Below, piece after piece: positions 55,004 through 63,006 of a stretch of 64,000 bases of DNA. The stretch is taken from positions 1,290 to 65,289 of the forward strand of contig DATGTP010000034.1 of the NCBI GenBank assembly GCA_035301825.1, read 5' to 3'. This DNA is from Pseudogracilibacillus sp. Its GTDB lineage: Bacteria; Bacillota; Bacilli; Bacillales; Amphibacillaceae. Under the pieces are notes generated by a model. The model saw only the letters and a program-made list of their open reading frames with translations, was not told the DNA's origin and searched no databases. Position 1 is the stretch's first letter, and the number at the start of each line of letters is the position of its first letter. The translations under genes and the position numbers were made by a program.

Positions 55004-55807
55004 TTACATCGATTCATTTAAATTTTCCATATATTCATTTATAGCATCTTGTGGGAATCCTCTTTGATAAAGAGCTGACTTCACACGCATTTTCAATTCA
55101 TAGCCATCGTATTTCCGTTTATATTTCGTTAAAAGCTTATCTGCTTGTTTCGTAATAATGTCTGAGTCTGTTTGGACTAAGTCATCTGTATGCAATTGTT
55201 CAATTACGGCGTCAATAACATCTTTTGTAAATCCTTTTTGAATTAATTTAACGCGAATTTGTTCCCGCTTCTTTCGAGCAGGATGTTTACTTCTTCGCTT
55301 CCATTGAACTTGAGCCCATTTTTCTGCCTTTTCAACTTGTTCATCAAATGTATATGTATAAGCGGCATCATGGGCAATTTGTTCATCAATGCCTTTTTGC
55401 ATCAGTTCCCGTTTAATAACAGTTGGTCCTTTTGACGTTAGCAACTTTCGATCTGCTACAAAGCTTTGTGCAAAGAGTGCATCATCTAACAATTTCTCTT
55501 CAAGCAGGCGAACAATAACACGTTGCAGGACGATTTGATCGACTTCTTGTTTGATTAAATAATCTTCCATCTCCTGAATAGAGCGAATGCGATAACTCAA
55601 ATAGCGAACGGCTAATGTATATGCTTTTTGAATCGACTCTTCATCTAATAATTGTTCAATTTCTTCTTCAGACAATTCCATACCTTTTCGTAAATAATGT
55701 TCAATAAAAATATCTTCATCGACACCAAAGGCAAATTGCCCATCTAAATATATATTGTAACGTCGTTTATTTTTCTTCTGTTGTTCCACTTTCGTAATCG
55801 TTCTCAT
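55004..55807 (-). CDS. recX: Regulatory protein RecX
   Basis: ITKVEQQKKNKRRYNIYLD, YLSYR.RS..E, KGP, KGF, RGF. Confidence 0.92.
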   Translation of the reverse strand: MRTITKVEQQKKNKRRYNIYLDGQFAFGVDEDIFIEHYLRKGMELSEEEIEQLLDEESIQKAYTLAVRYLSYRIRSIQEMEDYLIKQEVDQIVLQRVIVRLLEEKLLDDALFAQSFVADRKLLTSKGPTVIKRELMQKGIDEQIAHDAAYTYTFDEQVEKAEKWAQVQWKRRSKHPARKKREQIRVKLIQKGFTKDVIDAVIEQLHTDDLVQTDSDIITKQADKLLTKYKRKYDGYELKMRVKSALYQRGFPQDAINEYMENLNESM

Positions 55808-55866
55808 TTGACCACCTCACACTTATATCATAACATGAATATAAAGAGATTGCGGAGGCGATTCCT

Positions 55867-56763
55867 ATGAATATATTAATGACAGGTGGTACAGGTTTCA
55901 TTGGTAGTAAATTAGTTGATAAGCTCATTAGCGAAGGTCATCATGTCTATGTCTTAACGAGATATCCACAACGGTATGAAGATACCTCTTATTTATCTTA
56001 TATTAGTTACAATTATCCAATGAATCGATTGCCATTTATTCATGCAATCGTCAATTTAGCCGGTGAATCTATTTTCGGCTATTGGTCACATAGTAAGAAA
56101 GAAAAAATATTACAAAGTCGTTTAGACGTTACAGACCAGCTTGTTCGTCTCGTCATGCAAATGGGTGACAAGCCAGACGTTTTCATTTCTGGATCTGCTG
56201 TCGGTTATTATGGCGTGTCTGATGAACAAATTTTTACCGAAAAAACGGAAGCTGTTGGGACGGATTTTTTAGCCCAAGTAACTGAACAATGGGAAGAAGC
56301 AGCAAGTCCAATCGCTGACTTAGGTGTCAGAACAGTCTATTCTCGTTTTGGAATTGTGCTTGATCGGTATCACGGTGCCTTACCTATGATGGAACTTCCT
56401 GTTAACTTTTTCATCGGAGGGAAAATTGGCTCTGGTAAACAATGGATGTCATGGATTCATATTGATGATTGTATTAATATGCTCTATGAAGCTTTAACGA
56501 ATAAACATATTGTCGGCCCTTTAAATATAACAGCACCTTATCCGAGACGGAATAAAGACTTCATCCGACTCTTAACTAAAGCAAAAAGAAGACCTAATCT
56601 ACTTCCGGCACCGAAAGCAGCAATCAAGCTTGCTTTCGGTGACATGCATCAACTCATTACAGAAGGACAATACGTCCTTTCAAGTAAAATAAAAGATTAT
56701 CCTTTCACCTATAAATACGAACAACTTGAAGATGCTTTACAAGCAATCTATCAGTCAAATTAA
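55867..56763 (+). CDS. yfhF: TIGR01777 family NAD-dependent epimerase (YfhF)
   Basis: TGGTGFIG, NLAGE, SGSAVGYYG, GKQWMSWIHIDD. Confidence 0.9.
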   Translation: MNILMTGGTGFIGSKLVDKLISEGHHVYVLTRYPQRYEDTSYLSYISYNYPMNRLPFIHAIVNLAGESIFGYWSHSKKEKILQSRLDVTDQLVRLVMQMGDKPDVFISGSAVGYYGVSDEQIFTEKTEAVGTDFLAQVTEQWEEAASPIADLGVRTVYSRFGIVLDRYHGALPMMELPVNFFIGGKIGSGKQWMSWIHIDDCINMLYEALTNKHIVGPLNITAPYPRRNKDFIRLLTKAKRRPNLLPAPKAAIKLAFGDMHQLITEGQYVLSSKIKDYPFTYKYEQLEDALQAIYQSN

Positions 56764-56854
56764 ACGATCATAAAGTGATCGTTTTTTTATTTGTTAAGTT
56801 ATAAAATTGTCACATTTTTTTGAGGAAAATCTCTTTCTTTTTCAATGAAACCTG

Positions 56855-56924
56855 TTAGAATATAAAAAGTAGTTTATAGTTATTCATTTTAGAATCAAAA
56901 AAAGTAGTTCATAGTTTATCATTA
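56855..56924 (+). repeat. Imperfect tandem repeat, 2 x ~34 bp
   Basis: TTAGAATATAAAAAGTAGTTTATAGTTATTCATT / TTAGAATCAAAAAAAGTAGTTCATAGTTTATCATT. Confidence 0.65.
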
Positions 56925-57095
56925 AAGGGAAGGCAAATGGTGCGCCACTAGTTATCTTACTAGTCCTAGCTGGTTCGATTCCAGCCCCGAATTTTTGTTG
57001 AAACTAGACTTAAATTCGCGGGTGTTATCCTATCAGTTCCCTTACTTTCTTTATGTTTGGTACTAACACCCGTCCTATTATTGAAGGAGGGTGTT
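56925..57095 (+). ncRNA. Structured cis-regulatory leader with tRNA-like domain and RBS-switch platform
   Basis: D-like arm GGC-AAATGGTGC-GCC, ACTAGT hairpin, T arm GCTGG-TTCGATT-CCAGC; downstream alternative helices covering the GNAT RBS. Confidence 0.7.
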
Positions 57096-57099
57096 TTTT

Positions 57100-57666
57100 A
57101 TGCTTAAAAAACGAGATTTATTTGAAGTCAATACATTATATGAATTAGCCATTCATCCAGAAGTTAAGCCTTATATTCGTCAATCGACAGAGAGTGCTTT
57201 TCATTTTTATCAATCGACAGAAGAAATCATGCATGCCGAACTAAATGGTGAGCTCATTTCTCGTACAATCATCAATGAAGATAATGATCCAATCGGGACT
57301 ATTAATCTTTACGACATTCAACATGATGCAGGCTTTTTAGCAACATGGATTGGACAAGCATACTTTGGCAAAGGCTACAATCGTGCAGCAAAAGAAGCTT
57401 TTCTTTTTGAATTATTTTACCAAACAAACATAGACACTGTTTTTGTTAAAATCCGTAAAAATAACTTCCGGTCGATTCAAGCAGCATCAAAACTAGCTTA
57501 TATTGAACATGCAAATGAAACATACCCTTTTATGTATGCACAAATCAATCAAATAGAAGATCTTTATCATTTACTTGTCATAACAAAAGAGAATTTCTTT
57601 CAGCATATGGAAGTTATCCCCTTTGTTGAACATACTCAGACAATTAATGCAGAAGATGTTTCTTAA
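57100..57666 (+). CDS. GNAT N-acetyltransferase (RimJ/RimL type)
   Basis: PIGTI.L, WIGQAYFGKGYN acetyl-CoA loop, N.RS; ATG 57100 after AAGGAGG. Confidence 0.85.
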   Translation: MLKKRDLFEVNTLYELAIHPEVKPYIRQSTESAFHFYQSTEEIMHAELNGELISRTIINEDNDPIGTINLYDIQHDAGFLATWIGQAYFGKGYNRAAKEAFLFELFYQTNIDTVFVKIRKNNFRSIQAASKLAYIEHANETYPFMYAQINQIEDLYHLLVITKENFFQHMEVIPFVEHTQTINAEDVS

Positions 57667-57672
57667 CTGGAG

Positions 57673-57703
57673 AAGAGCCTTGCTTATCACAAGCTAGGCT
57701 CTT
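57673..57703. terminator. Bidirectional terminator after GNAT
   Basis: AAGAGCCT.GCTT...AAGC.AGGCTCTT. Confidence 0.6.
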
Positions 57704-57960
57704 TAATCCTCACTGATTAATAAGCACTTTATTTGATGATAAACATCTTCTTTTGTATAACCAACACCATAATGAAAAGGGATTTGGGCTAATTGTAGTG
57801 TGAATACAAGTTCTTCTATTTCCCCATTTTCTAGTCCATAGAGCCAAATGTCACTCGAATTTTCATATGAAATTAATGCATTAGGTGCAAGTGACTGTAT
57901 TAAATCATTAAAATGTCTCATATAGCTCATATCCCTTTGAAATGAAAAACATGCAATCAT
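57703..57960 (-). CDS. Hypothetical protein (85 aa)
   Basis: RBS GAGGTG, divergent from XRE gene; no recognisable motif. Confidence 0.55.
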   Translation of the reverse strand: MIACFSFQRDMSYMRHFNDLIQSLAPNALISYENSSDIWLYGLENGEIEELVFTLQLAQIPFHYGVGYTKEDVYHQIKCLLISED

Positions 57961-57981
57961 ATCATCACCTCACACATATTT

Positions 57982-58023
57982 GTTCATAATTAGAACATTA
58001 TATACTTAGTTCTATATTAGAAC
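57982..58023. promoter_or_regulatory. Two palindromic GTTC-N7-GAAC operators (likely for the XRE regulator)
   Basis: GTTCATAATTAGAAC (57982-57996) and GTTCTATATTAGAAC (58009-58023). Confidence 0.6.
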
Positions 58024-58076
58024 GTAAAATCCCTTTTTTTCGTGATACGATATTTATTGGACAATATAAAAAGTGA

Positions 58077-58502
58077 GTGATAATGGTGACGGTTGACATG
58101 ATTTCATACAATATAAAATTCTTTCGTGAACAGCACGGCTGGACACAAGAACAATTAGCCAATAAAATGTTAAGTTCCCGTTCGAAAATTGCTAAGTGGG
58201 AAAGTAATACAAACATTCCCGATATTGAATCACTCATTGAATTATGTGATTTATTCGATGTGAGTTTAGACCATTTAGTGGGTAGGCAATCTTTCCAAAA
58301 GGAATTGTTGACTGATTTTAAACGCATATACCAACTAAATGATACGAATTATGATGATGATGTTGTCCAGCTCATGGAATACATTTTAAAACACGATAGT
58401 TTAAAACAGTCGCTCCTGCAATTAGAAGAACTGCCCATTCAAAAACAAAAATCACTCCATCATTTATTAAAAGCAATGATTGAGGAATATAAAAAAATAT
58501 AA
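58077..58502 (+). CDS. XRE/Cro-family HTH transcriptional regulator
   Basis: IKFFREQHGWTQEQLA..., I.KWE...PD..., FDVSLDHLVG; start may be 58098. Confidence 0.88.
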   Translation: MIMVTVDMISYNIKFFREQHGWTQEQLANKMLSSRSKIAKWESNTNIPDIESLIELCDLFDVSLDHLVGRQSFQKELLTDFKRIYQLNDTNYDDDVVQLMEYILKHDSLKQSLLQLEELPIQKQKSLHHLLKAMIEEYKKI

Positions 58503-58561
58503 TCTATTCTTTTTAATAACGATAAAAACTTTAAAAAGAATAGATTTTTTTATTCAAATCA

Positions 58562-58582
58562 TGTTATACTACAAATATAACA
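58562..58582. promoter_or_regulatory. Palindromic GntR (YtrA-type) operator
   Basis: TGTTATA-CTACAAA-TATAACA just upstream of the GntR gene. Confidence 0.65.
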
Positions 58583-58608
58583 GTTAACACATAAAAGGAG
58601 CTTGTTTT

Positions 58609-59001
58609 ATGTTTATTGAACTGGATTTCCAATCAGAAACCCCTATTTATGAACAACTTAAGACAGAAATCATCGTTGGAATCGCATCAGGTCAATTGAC
58701 ACCTGGTGAACGTCTTCCATCTGTTCGACAAATGGCAAGTGATATCGGTATCAACTTACATACCGTTAACAAAGCATATACGCAACTGAAAGAGGAAGGG
58801 TACTTACTTATCCATCGCCAGCGTGGTGTCGTCGTTAATCCTGAAGGTCCTGAGGCAATGACAAAGGAAAGACAAGCACAATTAAGGCAAATTTTGCGTC
58901 CACTTATCGCAGATAGTCTCTGCAGGCAAATGACTGAGAAAGAGTTAACAACTTTCATCCAATCGATCTATGATGAATTAAAGGAGGATAGATCAAAATG
59001 A
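58609..59001 (+). CDS. GntR (YtrA subfamily) regulator
   Basis: PIYEQL, LPSVRQMA, NLHTVNKAY. Confidence 0.9.
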   Translation: MFIELDFQSETPIYEQLKTEIIVGIASGQLTPGERLPSVRQMASDIGINLHTVNKAYTQLKEEGYLLIHRQRGVVVNPEGPEAMTKERQAQLRQILRPLIADSLCRQMTEKELTTFIQSIYDELKEDRSK

Positions 59002-60089
59002 ACCTAGCCTTTGAACACCTGATTGTTTACATGACCTTATTACCTTTATTCTTATTAAGCTTCACACCTTACTTAACGAAAAAAACAGATTGTTTTGGAG
59101 TGACAATTCCTTTAGATATGTATGATCGTCCTGAATTTAGAAAGATGCGGAAACAATTTACTTTCATCAGTTTTTTAATCAATTTACTCATATTATTCGG
59201 TCTTCTTTTCCTACAAGCCCGTGTCAGTGAATCAACTTTTATGATCAGTTTTATCGTCCTTATCTTTAGCTTACTTATTATATTTTTCATTTTATACTTG
59301 CCCTTTCATCAATCGGTTAAAAAAATGAAAAAGAATGAAGCTTGGATTTACAATTACAAACAGAAAAGACTTATAGATACAGAGTTTCGTAAAGCTAATC
59401 TTGCTATTTCTTATAAATGGTACCTTATTCCTTTTCTTATGATTGTGGGAACCTTGCTTTATAGCTTCATTATTTACGACACGATTCCAAGTGAGATTCC
59501 AACACATACGGGACCTGGTGGCCATGTCACTTATAGTGAAAAGTCGATGACTACTATTATCTTACTACCAATCATTCAATTATTTATGTTAGCGATTTTT
59601 GTGGCAAGTCAATATGCTATTACGATAGCTAAACAATCACTTCATCCAGCTAACCCAAAAGGTTCTCAAGAACAGAACAAAAAGTTTAGACGATATTGGT
59701 CTATTTTCACACTACTCATTGGAATTGCGACGACCGCTCTTTTATCTTATATACAGCTTGCCATGTTTCATGATTTTCTTTTTCAAGAACAAAGCAAGGT
59801 GATTTTATTATTTATAACTATAGTCATTGTCAGCCTCATTATTTTGTCCATTCGTACGGGACAAAGTGGCAGTCGTTTAAATGAATTAAACAGTGAAACA
59901 GATCATGTCATTGAAGTTGATGAAGATGAACATTGGATTTTAGGTCAAATATACTTTAACAGACAAGACCCTACTATTTTTGTAGAAAAACGTTTTGGTA
60001 TTGGTTGGACAGTAAATTTTGCAAGACCAATCACATGGATTTTCTTACTTATTTTATTATTACCACTTGCTTTACTCATTGTTATTTAA
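58998..60089 (+). CDS. DUF1648/DUF5808 membrane protein
   Basis: FGVTIP, IPTH, W..G.IYFN..DP..FVEKRFGIGWTVNFA. Confidence 0.8.
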   Translation: MNLAFEHLIVYMTLLPLFLLSFTPYLTKKTDCFGVTIPLDMYDRPEFRKMRKQFTFISFLINLLILFGLLFLQARVSESTFMISFIVLIFSLLIIFFILYLPFHQSVKKMKKNEAWIYNYKQKRLIDTEFRKANLAISYKWYLIPFLMIVGTLLYSFIIYDTIPSEIPTHTGPGGHVTYSEKSMTTIILLPIIQLFMLAIFVASQYAITIAKQSLHPANPKGSQEQNKKFRRYWSIFTLLIGIATTALLSYIQLAMFHDFLFQEQSKVILLFITIVIVSLIILSIRTGQSGSRLNELNSETDHVIEVDEDEHWILGQIYFNRQDPTIFVEKRFGIGWTVNFARPITWIFLLILLLPLALLIVI

Positions 60090-60101
60090 ACTGGAGGGAA
60101 T

Positions 60102-60302
60102 ATGATGGAATTAATTAATGATAACTTATTACTTATTTTACCGCTTGTCCTTATTCAACTGATCCTAATGATTGTAGCCTTAGTTGATTTAGTTAAATCA
60201 TCCGAAGTGAATGGACCGAAAGGACTTTGGGTTATTGTTATTATTTTTATTAATGTATTTGGCCCGATTATTTACTTTATATTTGGTAGGAAACAATCAT
60301 GA
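60102..60302 (+). CDS. PLDc_N-domain small membrane protein (YxlE-like)
   Basis: ALVDL, GPKGLWV, FGPIIYFIFGR. Confidence 0.8.
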   Translation: MMELINDNLLLILPLVLIQLILMIVALVDLVKSSEVNGPKGLWVIVIIFINVFGPIIYFIFGRKQS

Positions 60303-61216
60303 GCAAAGATCATATCATTTTACAAGTCGATCAATTGACCAAAACTTTTGGGAAGGAAGAAGTCATCCAGCCTCTCTCCTTTTCCTTAGAAAAAGGAAAA
60401 TGTATTTGCTTAATCGGTCCAAATGGCGCTGGAAAAACAACCGTCCTTCGCATGCTTGCTGGCTTATACAAGCCGTCAAGTGGTAGCATTTCCTATGCAG
60501 GTCAAGCTAAACAAGACTTCAGAGACCTTGTCGGCTATTTGCCACAAGAGCCGGCTATGTATGCTTGGATGACTGGCTTAAATTACTTATTATTTAGTGC
60601 AAAAGTGATGAGAATCCCAAAAAAGAAAGCATTAGTAAGAGCTGAAAGCTTATTAAAAAGAGTCAATATATATGAGGATCGTCATAAACAAATTCACACT
60701 TATTCTGGCGGTATGAAACAAAGACTCGGTATTGCGCAAGCACTCATTCATCAGCCAGAATTACTTATTTTAGATGAACCTGTATCTGCCCTTGACCCTT
60801 TAGGCCGAAGAGAAATTTTAACTTTAATGGAGGAACTTAAAAAAGAAACAACTATTTTATTTTCAACTCACATTTTGTCAGATGCAGATGAAGTAAGTGA
60901 TGGACTATTACTCTTACATGAAGGAAAACTAGTTGAACATGGCTCCATTCACGCCTTGCGTCATAAGTATGAGACAGCATCGATTGCTCTCCAATTTTCG
61001 GAGAATATCGAACAATATGAAGCAATCATCAAACAATTACCACATGTGATAAGCACCCATATTCAGCGCTATACTTTACACATTGCAAGTGATGATATAC
61101 TCAAGCTTCGTCAGCTTATTTTAGAAAAAACGCTAGCAGAAAACTGGCCACTCACACAATTTAAAATACATGAAGCTTCCTTAGAAGACATGTTTATGAA
61201 AGTGGTGAATCAATGA
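60299..61216 (+). CDS. ABC transporter ATP-binding protein (YxlF-like)
   Basis: GPNGAGKTT, YSGGMKQRLG, DEPVSALDP. Confidence 0.9.
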   Translation: MSKDHIILQVDQLTKTFGKEEVIQPLSFSLEKGKCICLIGPNGAGKTTVLRMLAGLYKPSSGSISYAGQAKQDFRDLVGYLPQEPAMYAWMTGLNYLLFSAKVMRIPKKKALVRAESLLKRVNIYEDRHKQIHTYSGGMKQRLGIAQALIHQPELLILDEPVSALDPLGRREILTLMEELKKETTILFSTHILSDADEVSDGLLLLHEGKLVEHGSIHALRHKYETASIALQFSENIEQYEAIIKQLPHVISTHIQRYTLHIASDDILKLRQLILEKTLAENWPLTQFKIHEASLEDMFMKVVNQ

Positions 61217-61989
61217 TGCAATGGCAAACCTTATTACAAAAAGAACTAGCTGAAGATTGGCATAACAAACAGTGGATTTGGGTACCACTTGTTTTTATCA
61301 TCATTATGATTATGGATCCTTTAACTTATTATTTCTTACCTGAAATAATGGAGATGGCAGGCAATGTCCCAGAAGAGATGCAATTCGATGTTCCTGATAT
61401 GACGGGGAATGAAGCTATCATGTTAAGTTTAAGCCAAGTGAGTATGCTCGGGAGTTTAGTCGTTTCTTTCATCTTCATGTCTATCGTTCATGGCGAAAGA
61501 AAAAGTGGAACCATTGAAATGACTTTAGCAAAACCAATTTCTACGACTAATTTTTTAACAGCGAAATTTGTCTCAGCTCTCTTGCTCATCGTTTTAAGTT
61601 TATTTGTTGCTAGTCTACTCGCTGTTTATTATGTATCTATTTTATTCTCATCAATCAGTTGGCAAAGCTTTTTCCTAATCGTCTTCTTTTATTCACTTTG
61701 GTTCATTTTTATTATCACACTCACTTTATTTTATAGTAGTTTCACACAGACAGCAGGTGCCGTTATAGGCTTAACAATTGGAACATTAGCACTGATGTAT
61801 TTGATTAATCAAATCTTCCAGCATAAACTAACCTACTTTCCTAACCAAATTGCCTACCATGTTGAACGATTTTTACATGAGCAAACATGGTCAAGTGGTT
61901 TAACAGGAAGTTTAATCGTCATTCTGACACTTATTATTTTATTATTGGCAAGTGCCATCGCTATTTTTCGAAAACGAGAAATATTATAA
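61213..61989 (+). CDS. ABC-2 permease (YxlG-like)
   Basis: WIWVPLVF, GERKSGT..M.LAKP, 6 TM. Confidence 0.82.
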   Translation: MMQWQTLLQKELAEDWHNKQWIWVPLVFIIIMIMDPLTYYFLPEIMEMAGNVPEEMQFDVPDMTGNEAIMLSLSQVSMLGSLVVSFIFMSIVHGERKSGTIEMTLAKPISTTNFLTAKFVSALLLIVLSLFVASLLAVYYVSILFSSISWQSFFLIVFFYSLWFIFIITLTLFYSSFTQTAGAVIGLTIGTLALMYLINQIFQHKLTYFPNQIAYHVERFLHEQTWSSGLTGSLIVILTLIILLLASAIAIFRKREIL

Positions 61990-62158
61990 AAAAGAAGATA
62001 ACATATAACTAGTATCAAGTAAACAAAAGTGGCCTTGTTTACATTTGCACTGTAAACAGGGTGACTTAATCCATGCTATAATGGAGCATCTCCTTAATTT
62101 ATTATGTAATTATTTTAATTTCTAGCATAGTGTGTTTTTTAGTTTATAGTTTTACAAA

Positions 62159-62200
62159 AGAAAAAACGTTGAATTCACCACCGTGAACTCAACGTTTTAT
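62159..62200 (-). terminator. Intrinsic terminator
   Basis: AAAACGTTGA.TTCAC/GTGAA.TCAACGTTTT. Confidence 0.65.
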
Positions 62201-62256
62201 TTTTACGCTTTTGTTAGTCTGTTCCCATCTTCATTTTTATTCCATTGCCTTTATTC

Positions 62257-63006
62257 TTATTTGACGACTAATTTACGTAAGAAAATATAGTTAAAACAGA
62301 ATATGAAGATACTAAGTAATATCACTATATAAGCATAATAAAAACCTGCACGATCAACAATAAAACTAACAGTTTTAACGATTGTTTCATTTGCCGTTCC
62401 AGTTGACATAACAATAATGAATAATATTACAATAGAGCCTACAATACTATATCCAACTACTTTACCAAATCGATTAAATATTGTTGCAAAAACAACCGAA
62501 ACAACTGTTAAAAACATAACTATTGTAAAGTCAACAATCAATTCTTGCCATATTGATGTTTGGATTGATGAGTAGGAAATTATATCTGTTAAAATGTATG
62601 AACTATCCCCTTTCACATAAGACACAGTTCCATTCTCATAAGTGAATATTAACCCAAAAACCCCTTTAATCGCTTGCACAATTAACACATTAATTATAGA
62701 AGTAAAGAGAAAAAACAAGCCAATTCCAATATAAACACCTAAACGTGACACACTACTTTTTACTAAATGATAGACTGTTAAATATTTATTTTTTTGACTT
62801 ATTAATAACCATGGCATGATAATACTTAAAATATATAAAGGAGCAGATAGAGTTATTACACTGTATATACCATCAATAAAAAAAACGATAATAAACGTCG
62901 CACTGATAAAAAATACTAATATTAACCAAAATACTAAATACGTAAAACGATACTGTAAAAATAATCCACAAAATGTTCCTTTTAATTCAGTCATCATCTT
63001 AAGCAC
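62257..63006 (-). CDS. ABC transporter permease (6 TM, AT-rich)
   Basis: Hydrophobic protein overlapping the ABC ATPase stop. Confidence 0.65.
   Translation of the reverse strand: MLKMMTELKGTFCGLFLQYRFTYLVFWLILVFFISATFIIVFFIDGIYSVITLSAPLYILSIIMPWLLISQKNKYLTVYHLVKSSVSRLGVYIGIGLFFLFTSIINVLIVQAIKGVFGLIFTYENGTVSYVKGDSSYILTDIISYSSIQTSIWQELIVDFTIVMFLTVVSVVFATIFNRFGKVVGYSIVGSIVILFIIVMSTGTANETIVKTVSFIVDRAGFYYAYIVILLSIFIFCFNYIFLRKLVVK

Noticed and set aside
56930-56950. c-di-GMP-I riboswitch suggested by GGCAAA, or T-box leader
   Set aside because: No GNRA/receptor P2 or GCAAA-P3 architecture; no T-box UGGNACC bulge or specifier stem I
56923-56995. Canonical tRNA gene suggested by GGTTCGATTCC
   Set aside because: Only 3 bp of acceptor stem, no U8, non-standard anticodon loop and no CCA; reported as a tRNA-like leader instead
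58077-58502. XRE gene as prophage/ICE repressor
   Set aside because: No integrase, att site or phage genes nearby
62020-62100. Extra hairpin and AAGGAG-ATG mini-ORF (MLHYSMD) between convergent ABC operons
   Set aside because: SD abuts the ATG with no spacing and no convincing promoter; the hairpin is adequately explained as a terminator for one of the operons
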